This document shows, piece by piece, positions 44,308 through 52,976 of a DNA stretch of 64,000 bases. The first letter of the stretch is position 1. Every line of letters begins with the position of its first letter. Both the position numbers and the translations under genes were made by a program. Location: NCBI GenBank assembly GCA_039804775.1, contig JBDLVN010000062.1:10110-74109 (forward strand), read 5' to 3'. This stretch comes from Actinomycetota bacterium (GTDB lineage: Bacteria; Actinomycetota; Actinomycetes; Actinomycetales; Microbacteriaceae). The notes below the pieces were generated by a model. It did no database searches. It saw nothing but the letters and a program-made list of their open reading frames with translations, and was not told where the DNA came from.

Positions 44308-45744
44308 GTCTGCGATCTCACCATCGTGCGGGGCGTGTGAGCGCCAGCCAAGTTGCTGCTTGACGCGGTCGCTGAGCACCTCGGCAGCGCCAGCTTCACC
44401 GTGCACCACGAACACTTGACCTGGCGCTTCGGTGGTCGAAGACATCCACGCTAATAATTCGTCGGCGTCGGCGTGCACCGAGAACGCGCCAATTTGGGCA
44501 ACTTCTGCACGCACCGGAACCAGCTCGCCGTGCATTTTGACGAAATCTGCGCCGTCAGCGAGCGAGCGGCCGCGGGTTCCGATTGCCTGATAGCCGACGA
44601 GCAAAACAGTGTGAATCGCGTTTGGCAGCATGTTAGCTAGGTGGTGAACCACTCGCCCACCGGTTGCCATGCCAGAGGCCGAAATAATGATGCAAGGCTG
44701 AGGCGGGGTGTTGATGCTCTTCGATTCTTCGACCGACAACAGCTGCACGAGTGTGCCAGGGTCAAACGGGTCGAGCCCTCGCCAAGTGTCAACGATGTTT
44801 GGGCGAATCTCGGGTGAGCCGCGGTCGATGGCATCACGATAAAAGTCGAGAGCCTTCAGCGCCATAGGTGAGTCGGCATAAATCGGCACTCGCGCGATTG
44901 TTCCGGCCGTCATCAGCTCGCGCAGACGAACCAAAATCACCTCGGTGCGGTCAACCGCGAATGCCGGAATCAACACCGAACCACCACGCGCAATGGTGTG
45001 GTTGATGATGTCGGCAAAGTCAGCGGTCATTGGCTCGTGCTCGCGGTCGCCATAGGTTGACTCGGTGACGATCGCATCAAACTTGCCGGCAGGCATTGGC
45101 CCAGGAGCAACCAAAAGAGGATGCTCGTTGCGACCCATATCGCCGGTGAAAATCAGACGCTTGCCAAAGAACTCGATCTCGACAAAAGCTGCACCAAGAA
45201 TGTGACCGCTTGGGTGAAAGGTTACGTAGGTTTGTTCGGCGATTTGAGTGCGCACGCCAAAGTCGTTCACAACAAACTGTTCCACGGCCTGTGCAGCGTC
45301 TGGCTCTTCATAGAGCGCCACTGGAGGGTTGTGTTTTGAGAAACCCTTTTTGACAGCCCACTTGGCGTCTTCGGTTTGAATGCGAGCCGAGTCGAGCAAA
45401 ACAACTTCGGCGAGCTTTGCGGTGTATTCGGTGAGGTGAATCGCACCCTTGAAGCCATCTTTAACAAGTTTCGGTAGGTAACCACAGTGATCGAGGTGAG
45501 CGTGGGTCAAAACCACGGCGTCAACCTGAGCTGGGTCAACGGCTAGCGGCTGCCAGTTTTTTAGGCGCAACTCTTTGAGCCCCTGAAACAGACCGCAGTC
45601 AACCATCACTCTGGTTTTGCCATGGCGTAGCAAAAACCGGCTGCCCGTAACCGTGCCGGCTGCCCCGAGAAACTGAATCGTGGTTTTGTCGTTTGAGCCT
45701 GAGTGGCTGTTTGAGCCTGCATCGCCCCGCTGCGCTTCATTCAT
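44302..45744 (-). CDS. MBL-fold beta-CASP hydrolase (RNA-metabolising type)
   Basis: 480 aa. HAHLDHCG (HxHxDH) and a C-terminal beta-CASP/RNA-specificity-like region. Confidence 0.8.
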   Translation of the reverse strand: MNEAQRGDAGSNSHSGSNDKTTIQFLGAAGTVTGSRFLLRHGKTRVMVDCGLFQGLKELRLKNWQPLAVDPAQVDAVVLTHAHLDHCGYLPKLVKDGFKGAIHLTEYTAKLAEVVLLDSARIQTEDAKWAVKKGFSKHNPPVALYEEPDAAQAVEQFVVNDFGVRTQIAEQTYVTFHPSGHILGAAFVEIEFFGKRLIFTGDMGRNEHPLLVAPGPMPAGKFDAIVTESTYGDREHEPMTADFADIINHTIARGGSVLIPAFAVDRTEVILVRLRELMTAGTIARVPIYADSPMALKALDFYRDAIDRGSPEIRPNIVDTWRGLDPFDPGTLVQLLSVEESKSINTPPQPCIIISASGMATGGRVVHHLANMLPNAIHTVLLVGYQAIGTRGRSLADGADFVKMHGELVPVRAEVAQIGAFSVHADADELLAWMSSTTEAPGQVFVVHGEAGAAEVLSDRVKQQLGWRSHAPHDGEIADL

Positions 45745-45853
45745 ATTGCGAGCCTATTACGATTCGACGACAAACTGCCAATAAGAGGGCAACACGACCC
45801 AAGCTAGCCAAACCTAAGTTTCATTAGTCACCTCGCAGTGAAAGAATCAAGCC

Positions 45854-47830
45854 ATGCCTAATAGTCAGAAGTTGCCGCTCAAGGCGCCTTCAGCGCGCTG
45901 GCTAGTGCGCGCGATTCGCGAATATAGCTTTTTGGCTTTTTCGCTTCTGGCATTAGTCATGGGGTTGGGGTTTAGTGCCATGGGCTTTGGCGCAAACTTC
46001 ACCAACACGGCTTGGGCTGCCGGCGCGGCAGTGGGGCTTTTCTTGGCATTGCGTTGGCTGGTGCGGGCGATTCGCGAAGGCGAATTTGGCAGCGACAGCC
46101 TGGCTGTGATTTCGATTGTTGCAACTGGCATCACCAACGAATGGTTGGCTGCATCGGTGATTAGCGTGATGCTCGCGAGCGGCCGCGCACTTGAGCAGTG
46201 GGCCGAGGGGCGTGCCAAAAACCAGCTCGCCGCCCTGCTGGCTCGTGCACCACAAACTGCGCACCGACTTTCGGCCGACGGTCTGGTCAAAGACATTGCA
46301 CTTGCCGAGGTGGCCATTGGTGACAAACTTTTGGTCAAGTCGGGCGAGGTCGTGCCGATTGACGGTTTGCTCACCACCGAGGGCACATTTGACGAGTCAG
46401 CACTCACCGGCGAGCCAATGCCAAAGTGGCGAGCTGCAGGTCAAGAGGTGTCTTCGGGCGTTTTGAATTCTCAGGCGGGGGTCGAAATGACCGCAATTCG
46501 CACCGCTGCCGACAGCACCTACTCTGGTCTGATTCGCCTCGTTGAGCAAGCCGCGGCCGAAAGTGCAAACAGTGTGCGTTTGGCTAATCGTTGGGCATTC
46601 ATATTTGTTCCGTTTGCGCTGGCTCTGGCAAGTGCCACATGGTTGATCACAGGTGATTATGCTCCTGCGGTTGCCGTGATAGTTGCAGCCACTCCCTGCC
46701 CACTGATTCTTGCCGTGCCCGTTGCAATCATTGCAGGAATGAGCAAGGCCTCAAGTCGCGGTGCCGTAATCAAAGGTGGTGCTGCGCTCGAAGCTCTGGC
46801 GCGAGTCGAAACGGTGTTGCTCGATAAAACCGGAACACTCACCCACGGTGGGCCAAAAGTTGCTGCAATCGCAGTTGCTCCAGGTGCCGACGCCGACGAA
46901 GTTTTAGCGTTGGCAGCCTCGCTTGAGCAAAGCAGCCCACACGTTGTGGCAGCTGCAATCATTGCCGAGGCTAAAACTCGAGACCTCATATTGGTGCGCG
47001 CAATCGACGTGACCGAAGAACATGGCCGAGGTCTTGCGGGGCACATCAACGGCAAGCGCGTTGAGGTTGGGCAACCTGAAACTACGCTGCCGGCTTGGGC
47101 AACAGCCGGGCTCACTGACGGTCGAAACCTACCTACCCTGCTGGTTGCCGTGACCATTGACGGTCAACTAAAAGCGGTGCTCGGGCTTGACGACCCCGTT
47201 CGCGCCGAATCACGTGCCACTATCTCAGCCCTTCGAAAGCTCGGAGTAACAAAAATCTTGTTGGTCTCTGGCGATCGCCGAGCAACAGCCCAAGCCGTTG
47301 CTGATGAAGTTGGCATTGACTCAGTTCACGCCGAATGCAACCCAGAAGACAAGCTGCGCATCGTCAGCGCCGAAATGGCTACGGCCCACGGCACAGTGGC
47401 TGCGGTGGGCGATGGCATCAACGATGCGCCGGCTTTGGCGGCAGCTTCAGTTGGTGTGGCCATGGGGGCACGAGGTGCAACCGCTGCCAGCGAAGCTGCC
47501 GACGTGGTAATCATCGAAGACTCACTCAGTCACTTAGCCACCGCAATCGACATCGCCCAGGGTGCCAGACGCCGCGCGCTGCAAGCTAGCGGTTTCGGAA
47601 TGTCGCTAGCGGTTGGCGCAATGCTTCTCGCCTCAATCGGCACACTCGATGCCACGGCGAGCGCAGTGGCCCAAGAGTTCATCGACGCGGGAGCGATTCT
47701 TTGGGCTCTCGTGCCAACCCGTGACAGAATCCAACTAGGGCTCGGGGGCAAAGCTGAGACCAGCGGCAACCGCGAGACCAGCGGCAAGCGCGACACCAGC
47801 GGCAACAGAAAGAGCAGGGCGAACCTTTGA
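45854..47830 (+). CDS. heavy-metal P1B-type ATPase without an N-terminal metal-binding domain
   Basis: 658 aa. TGEP, DKTGTLT and GDGINDAPAL motifs, with a TM metal motif ATPCPL. No CxxC/HMA domain. Confidence 0.88.
   Translation: MPNSQKLPLKAPSARWLVRAIREYSFLAFSLLALVMGLGFSAMGFGANFTNTAWAAGAAVGLFLALRWLVRAIREGEFGSDSLAVISIVATGITNEWLAASVISVMLASGRALEQWAEGRAKNQLAALLARAPQTAHRLSADGLVKDIALAEVAIGDKLLVKSGEVVPIDGLLTTEGTFDESALTGEPMPKWRAAGQEVSSGVLNSQAGVEMTAIRTAADSTYSGLIRLVEQAAAESANSVRLANRWAFIFVPFALALASATWLITGDYAPAVAVIVAATPCPLILAVPVAIIAGMSKASSRGAVIKGGAALEALARVETVLLDKTGTLTHGGPKVAAIAVAPGADADEVLALAASLEQSSPHVVAAAIIAEAKTRDLILVRAIDVTEEHGRGLAGHINGKRVEVGQPETTLPAWATAGLTDGRNLPTLLVAVTIDGQLKAVLGLDDPVRAESRATISALRKLGVTKILLVSGDRRATAQAVADEVGIDSVHAECNPEDKLRIVSAEMATAHGTVAAVGDGINDAPALAAASVGVAMGARGATAASEAADVVIIEDSLSHLATAIDIAQGARRRALQASGFGMSLAVGAMLLASIGTLDATASAVAQEFIDAGAILWALVPTRDRIQLGLGGKAETSGNRETSGKRDTSGNRKSRANL
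47756..47809 (+). repeat. three imperfect 18-bp tandem repeats in the ATPase 3' end
   Basis: gagaccagcggcaaccgc / gagaccagcggcaagcgc / gacaccagcggcaacaga, encoding ETSGNR-ETSGKR-DTSGNR. Confidence 0.9.
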
Positions 47831-49053
47831 AACGCATCACCGCCGAACAGCTAAAAGCTGTCTTCGCAAGTTTGGGCAAAAACCCGCGCGTTGTTGCTTC
47901 AGGCAACTTCGCCACACCAAACACCTTGCTTGGGCTTTTTGACGAGGTCGTGCCCGAATATCGTCTGCACATGCTAAACGCCCAGCCGGGAATTCCCGAC
48001 CGTGAAGGCGTGACCTATGAGTCGGCTTTTGTTGGGGCTGGAATGCGGAGGCATCCTCGATTAAATTATGTGCCGTGCCGCTTGAGCCTTGTGCCGGTGC
48101 TTTTTCGCGACCACTATGCGCCTGACGTCGTGCTGCTTCACACCTCAACGCAGCGCCATGACACAGTTTCACTCGGCACCGAGGTGAACATTTTGCCGGC
48201 GGCCATTGAAGCGGCGAAGGCCCGTGGCGCGCTCGTGATTGCCCAGGCTAACCCCAACATGCCTTACACCTACGGTGACGCGCAAATCTATGAAAACGAG
48301 ATCGACTACGTCATTGACGTTGATGAACCTCTCGCCGAAAAGCCGGTGCACGCGCCGAGTGACATTTCGGCTGAGGTGGGGCGGCTCATTTCAGCCAAGG
48401 TCTCTGACGGATCAACTTTGCAGCTGGGCATCGGCGAGATTCCCGACGCCGTGATCGATCAACTTCACTCGCGCCGCAACCTTCGCATCTTCACCGAAAT
48501 GTTCAGCGACGGAGTTCTCGGCCTACAACGCGCAGGCGCCCTCGACCCCGACATTGCCATCACCGCAAGCTTCATCTTTGGCTCGCGCGACCTCTATGAC
48601 TGGCTGCACCTCAATCGCGAAGTGCGCATGCTTCGCACCGAAAAAACCAACGACCCTGGCGTCATCGCCCGTCAAGCCAAAATGACTTCGATTAACGCGG
48701 CACTACAGGTTGACCTATTTGACCAAGCGAACGCCTCACGAGTTCGCGGTGAAATATATAGCGGATGGGGTGGCTCAACTGACTTCATCGTCGGCGCCTT
48801 GCACGCCCGCGGAGGTCAATCGTTCATGGCGCTACCGTCGTGGCATGCCAAAGCCAACGTTTCGACGATCGTGCCGCGCATCACCGACCCGGTAACAAGT
48901 TTTCAGCACAGCTATGTTGTGACCGAGCAAGGTGTAGCCGACTGCTTCGGTCACTCACAAGCCCAGCAGGCTAGCAACATCATCAACCATGCCGCCCACC
49001 CGTCAGTTCGTGACGAGCTCACCGCTGCCGCTGGAGAGATGGGTTTGTTCTAG
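47827..49053 (+). CDS. acetyl-CoA hydrolase/transferase family protein (4-hydroxybutyrate CoA-transferase-like)
   Basis: 408 aa. N-terminal ITAEQ..., a GGSTDFIVGA segment. TTG start in a TTGA overlap with the ATPase stop. Confidence 0.8.
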   Translation: MKRITAEQLKAVFASLGKNPRVVASGNFATPNTLLGLFDEVVPEYRLHMLNAQPGIPDREGVTYESAFVGAGMRRHPRLNYVPCRLSLVPVLFRDHYAPDVVLLHTSTQRHDTVSLGTEVNILPAAIEAAKARGALVIAQANPNMPYTYGDAQIYENEIDYVIDVDEPLAEKPVHAPSDISAEVGRLISAKVSDGSTLQLGIGEIPDAVIDQLHSRRNLRIFTEMFSDGVLGLQRAGALDPDIAITASFIFGSRDLYDWLHLNREVRMLRTEKTNDPGVIARQAKMTSINAALQVDLFDQANASRVRGEIYSGWGGSTDFIVGALHARGGQSFMALPSWHAKANVSTIVPRITDPVTSFQHSYVVTEQGVADCFGHSQAQQASNIINHAAHPSVRDELTAAAGEMGLF

Positions 49054-49059
49054 ATTAAG

Positions 49060-49713
49060 CTAAGGCAAAAGCTCAAGTGTGCCGTTGCGCACAACATAAA
49101 CCATTGATGCGAGTTGTCGCACATCTTCGCTGTTGTGGCTGGTAAAAATCACGGTGCCGCCGTTTTGATTAAAATCAAGAATTCGCTTACGAACATTTTC
49201 AACTGATTCTTCGTCAAGTCCGTTAAAAGGTTCATCAAGAATGAGAACTTCAGGTGACTCCATAAACGCCTGTGCCAGCGCCAGCTTTTGCTTCATTCCC
49301 AGCGAATAGTGTCGAACTTTCTGCTTCAGTTTGGGGTCAAGACCAAAATCCAACATGATTTGAGTGATTTCGGCTACACCGATTGCGCGGCGAATGTTGG
49401 CAAGCATTTCGAGGTTTTCGAAGCCAGTTAGGTGGGCGATGAAGCCGGGGCGGTCTATGCTGATTCCAAACTTTTCTGGGTAATCACGGCCTTTTGAAAG
49501 AAAAGTTGGATCAACCCAAATCTGACCTGAGTCAGGGGTAACAAACCCACAAATCATGCGAAAAAGCAGAGACTTGCCAGAACCATTTGCGCCAACCACA
49601 GCTGTGATCGAACCCTTGTCAAAGCTTGCAGTGGCCGACGCGAAAATCTCGCTACCGCGAAAACTTTTTGATATCGAGGTTACTTTGATGATTTGCATTT
49701 TCAACCGTTCCAC
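49060..49713 (-). CDS. ABC transporter ATP-binding protein (ABC-2/DrrA-like size class)
   Basis: 217 aa. Walker A GANGSGKS, signature SLGMKQK, Walker B LILDEPFNGLD. The ATG at 49698 is an alternative start. Confidence 0.85.
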   Translation of the reverse strand: MERLKMQIIKVTSISKSFRGSEIFASATASFDKGSITAVVGANGSGKSLLFRMICGFVTPDSGQIWVDPTFLSKGRDYPEKFGISIDRPGFIAHLTGFENLEMLANIRRAIGVAEITQIMLDFGLDPKLKQKVRHYSLGMKQKLALAQAFMESPEVLILDEPFNGLDEESVENVRKRILDFNQNGGTVIFTSHNSEDVRQLASMVYVVRNGTLELLP

Positions 49714-51176
49714 TGACTTGCGATTTTGAAAGACTTAAAGACTCGGCACGACTTCATCGAAAACAGAACCCCGACGCTGAGTGCCAACAGAACCACCGCA
49801 GTTACTCGGCCTGGCAACCATGATGCTGCCCCACCCACTTTGGGCGACGAATAAAGCGCAAAAATGTCAAACTGCCCGAGCGGAAAGAACGCGTGATAGC
49901 CCATAAGTAAGAGCGCGGCCATGAGCCAAAACCAATTTTGGATTGCCTTCGTGAAAGCAACCGCAACCAAACCGATGCACGTGACCGTGACGAGCGTTAA
50001 CCAAAGGCCAAATGCAGTGTTCAACATAGTGGGCATGGCGCTTGCGATATCAAGTTGACTGCCCGACAAAACGAATGCGCCTGCCGTTGCGCCAACAATA
50101 GTTGTCGTGCCTAGAAGTGACATCCCAACCATTTTCAGTAACTGCCTCGCGATGATTTTTTGGTGACTGCCTACGCGAATTTGCCGGTGCAATTGGTCGT
50201 CAGCGGTCGTTTCAAGAAATTTAACGATTGTGACAGAAGCCAAAAAATAAATGAGCAGCTGAATGGCGCAATAGCCAACTAGGCTGTCGTTTTGGCCGAG
50301 AAAGAGAGCTTGCCACCGGCTGAGAAAATTAGAACCGTTTTTAGCCAACGCTATTGCGAATGCCAAAACGACAACCGCATAAATGCCCCCGAACCTTGTT
50401 AGAAGCACTAGCGCGCTCTTCAGACCAAGATGCAAGGCGACGGCCAGTCTCGGCAAGGTAGCTGCCAAAAGCCAAAAAGCGACTACCTGCCATGCTAAGC
50501 CCTGATTTAGTGCCCAGCTCAAATCGAAAAGATTCACCGCATCAAACGCTGGAATATTCGAAGCGACGCCAAATGAGCAGGCAGCGGCCCATAGATAAGT
50601 AGTAGTCAAAGCGCCGTTAGCAAACTGGGCTTTGCCGGCACAGCTCAATGCAAAATAAATAGTCGCCAAGCCGAAAAAGGCTAAGGTGCCAAAGGCCAAG
50701 TTGAGCGCCATAACTTGGATCGGGTTCGCAAAATGTTGAGCAGCTGCCGCCGCAGAAAATACGTCCAGCTCTTGATTTGGGTCAACCAGAACTGCAGCAG
50801 GACTCCATTGCCATGAAAGTCCAGTTCGGGCCGCGACTGGCAGCGCAACGGCAGTCAAAATTGCAAAGGCTGCGCAAAGTCTCAAGACTGAGGTTTTTAG
50901 TGCAGCATTCAAGATTCTTATGCGGCACCCAAAACGAATCAACGCCAATTCAGTCAGCCGTTCTCTGGCCGTTTGCATGAGGACATTGACCCACCAAAGC
51001 AGAACACCTAAAACCAGAAAATGCGAGTCACTTGTTGTCGCAACCAAGACGTCCCATAGGTTGCTGGACCCAACCCGACCTATTTGTTCACTTTTCGCTA
51101 GTTCAAACAGAAACAGCCCAAGGGCAAGCAACACTGTTGACGGGCTGCGTAGCTCTTTCAATAAAGCATTTGTCAC
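49701..51176 (-). CDS. large polytopic membrane protein (putative permease partner)
   Basis: About 491 aa from the GTG at 51176 (GTGA overlap with the upstream stop); the track ORF extends to 51230. About 12 hydrophobic segments and no recognisable motif. Confidence 0.6.
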   Translation of the reverse strand: MTNALLKELRSPSTVLLALGLFLFELAKSEQIGRVGSSNLWDVLVATTSDSHFLVLGVLLWWVNVLMQTARERLTELALIRFGCRIRILNAALKTSVLRLCAAFAILTAVALPVAARTGLSWQWSPAAVLVDPNQELDVFSAAAAAQHFANPIQVMALNLAFGTLAFFGLATIYFALSCAGKAQFANGALTTTYLWAAACSFGVASNIPAFDAVNLFDLSWALNQGLAWQVVAFWLLAATLPRLAVALHLGLKSALVLLTRFGGIYAVVVLAFAIALAKNGSNFLSRWQALFLGQNDSLVGYCAIQLLIYFLASVTIVKFLETTADDQLHRQIRVGSHQKIIARQLLKMVGMSLLGTTTIVGATAGAFVLSGSQLDIASAMPTMLNTAFGLWLTLVTVTCIGLVAVAFTKAIQNWFWLMAALLLMGYHAFFPLGQFDIFALYSSPKVGGAASWLPGRVTAVVLLALSVGVLFSMKSCRVFKSFKIASQWNG

Positions 51177-51958
51177 GCGAACCAGCCATACTTCGGGGCA
51201 TACCGAATTACCAACCAAATTGTTGCGCATGACAAAATCGAGGCAACAAAACCTGGCAACGCTGCCGTGACAAAATCAAATGAGCCCATCGAAGAAGGCG
51301 TTGGCATCAAGAGCAAGAAGCTCAACTTAGGCGCGTTCAGAACTTGTGTGATCACACTTTCACCGATGTAGATGCCCAGCGGAATCAAAATGGCGGCTCT
51401 TCGGCGGGTCACGAGCACGCAAGCGAAAGCGAGCAGCGAAAATACAGTTGAAGAACACACCATCCACGCTGTCGATGCAATACCGAACGCGATCCCACCG
51501 AATGCAGCAGCAAAACCCAACGGGTTTTGCTGCGCAATCAGTTTTAGCGCATTTTCAGCGGTCAGCCCATATGACGTAGGTTGTAAAACCTCCGGATTCA
51601 ATGCTGGCACAACGAATGTCGCCGCAGCCGTTGTCGCCAGCCCAAACACCGTGAAATAAATCGCATTGGCCGCAACGCCATCTTTAACCAAACCAAGCAA
51701 GTGCCTTGCTAAAGAGGTTCTTCCACGCGTCTGATGAATGAAGTTTTCGGATGTTTGGTTTCGCAACGGCATGGCTGCCAAGAGGGTCACAATGAACGGA
51801 AAAACGAGCCTGATGAGGCCGTTCATATATTCGCCAAAAACGCCGGCCAAAGTCGAATAAGCAGAGTTCGCTGTATTTTCGGTTCCTAAATACAAATGCA
51901 ATGCCAGAAGAGAAGCCAAGCCAAGCGTGACGAAAAACCTAGGCCAAAGTCTCAACAT
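51173..51958 (-). CDS. polytopic membrane protein (ABC-2-permease-like)
   Basis: 261 aa, about 6 hydrophobic segments. Operonic with the ATPase. Confidence 0.6.
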   Translation of the reverse strand: MLRLWPRFFVTLGLASLLALHLYLGTENTANSAYSTLAGVFGEYMNGLIRLVFPFIVTLLAAMPLRNQTSENFIHQTRGRTSLARHLLGLVKDGVAANAIYFTVFGLATTAAATFVVPALNPEVLQPTSYGLTAENALKLIAQQNPLGFAAAFGGIAFGIASTAWMVCSSTVFSLLAFACVLVTRRRAAILIPLGIYIGESVITQVLNAPKLSFLLLMPTPSSMGSFDFVTAALPGFVASILSCATIWLVIRYAPKYGWFA

Positions 51959-51961
51959 CGA

Positions 51962-52351
51962 TTAATGCAGAACCTCAGTGCCAATGACAGTGGGTGACAA
52001 AACATTCCAGTCGTAGTTTGTGATGATTAGTCGCGATGATTTTCCAGCCGGCGTGGAGTTTTTAATCTGAGAGGCGCTGTTCACGCCGATGCCCTTAAGT
52101 TCGGTGTATTGCACATTGTTTTGCAAATTCTCAGCTTTTACATTCATCAATTGTGCATCTGAAATCGAAGAAAACTTGATTTGCGATGAGGTTGTGCTAG
52201 TCGAGCGAATATGTGCACCCATGTAGTGAGACTGCTGAAATGGAGGAATCACATTATTGAACGAGTGGGTTGCTTCATCAGCAAATGCCGATGCAGAGCC
52301 GAGTGTGCATAAAGAAACAGCGGCGACAGCAATTTTGACGTGGTTTTTCAT
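51962..52351 (-). CDS. small secreted protein of unknown function
   Basis: 129 aa. Sec-type signal peptide (KIAVAAVSLCTLGSASAFA|DE) and a Ser/Thr/Asn-rich mature part. GAAAGG lies upstream of the ATG. Confidence 0.6.
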   Translation of the reverse strand: MKNHVKIAVAAVSLCTLGSASAFADEATHSFNNVIPPFQQSHYMGAHIRSTSTTSSQIKFSSISDAQLMNVKAENLQNNVQYTELKGIGVNSASQIKNSTPAGKSSRLIITNYDWNVLSPTVIGTEVLH

Positions 52352-52459
52352 GAAACAGACAACCTTTCAAAAGGTTAATCCGGCAACTCCGCAATAGACT
52401 TTCATCCCCCAACTGTGAGCCTAGGCCGTTGTCTTAAAGAATGCAAACCAAGTCGACCG

Positions 52460-52477
52460 GGCGGCCTTGCGGCCACC
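52460..52477 (-). terminator. GC-rich tetraloop hairpin between the orphan gene and the secreted-protein gene
   Basis: On the minus-strand RNA this reads GGUGGCC-GCAA-GGCCGCC, about 60 nt after the orphan stop, followed by a U-containing stretch. Confidence 0.35.
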
Positions 52478-52535
52478 CCTAACCTCGACCCGTTCCCTTA
52501 AACCGCTACCTTCAAACGGCTGACTGAGCATCGAC

Positions 52536-52976
52536 TTAGCTTTTGGCTTTTCGGGTTCTACGACTGACACCGAACTGTGTCCTACTGGCCACCCACGGCA
52601 CACACCAGGTGTCGTCGATCTTGGTACCCCAATCGGCCGGCTCAAAACCAGCCCGCTTGAAATAGTAAACCAGGCTGTTTAGCGGTTCACGAAGCACACC
52701 GCGGACTAGGCCCTCACGCGAGAGCATCCGCCAACGACCCCTGGTATCGGGAGCAATCTTGCCGAGACCAGCAGCTTCGAAAGCATGGGCCCAAGACAAG
52801 CGCTCTTGGTCAGATGGCGCGATTCGGGGTGGGTATGGCTCTCTGTCGGCACGTGGCTGGTCTGCGAAGAAATCGAGAAGCTCACGCACCTCGGCAACAT
52901 CAGCTTCGAACTTCTTGGCCCACCCTCGTTTACTTTCGCCTCGGTCAACCGACCTAATCAAGTTGCCAAAGTTCAT
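52536..52976 (-). CDS. hypothetical protein (orphan)
   Basis: 146 aa from the ATG at 52976; the TTG at 53096 is an alternative. Protein-like composition (MNFGNLIRSVDRGESKRGWAKKFEADV...), whereas the opposite-strand frame is Ser/Arg-rich junk. No family recognised. Confidence 0.5.
   Translation of the reverse strand: MNFGNLIRSVDRGESKRGWAKKFEADVAEVRELLDFFADQPRADREPYPPRIAPSDQERLSWAHAFEAAGLGKIAPDTRGRWRMLSREGLVRGVLREPLNSLVYYFKRAGFEPADWGTKIDDTWCVPWVASRTQFGVSRRTRKAKS

Noticed and set aside
45865-47157. Long antisense ORFs (180 aa and 166 aa) inside the P-type ATPase gene.
   Set aside because: Ala/Ser/Arg-rich shadow ORFs typical of GC-biased coding regions. The plus strand carries all canonical P-type ATPase motifs.
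47756-47809. Short tandem repeats considered as a possible CRISPR/minisatellite (also 60853-60898).
   Set aside because: The units are only 18 bp, directly adjacent without spacers, and in frame within coding sequence. This is not a CRISPR array.
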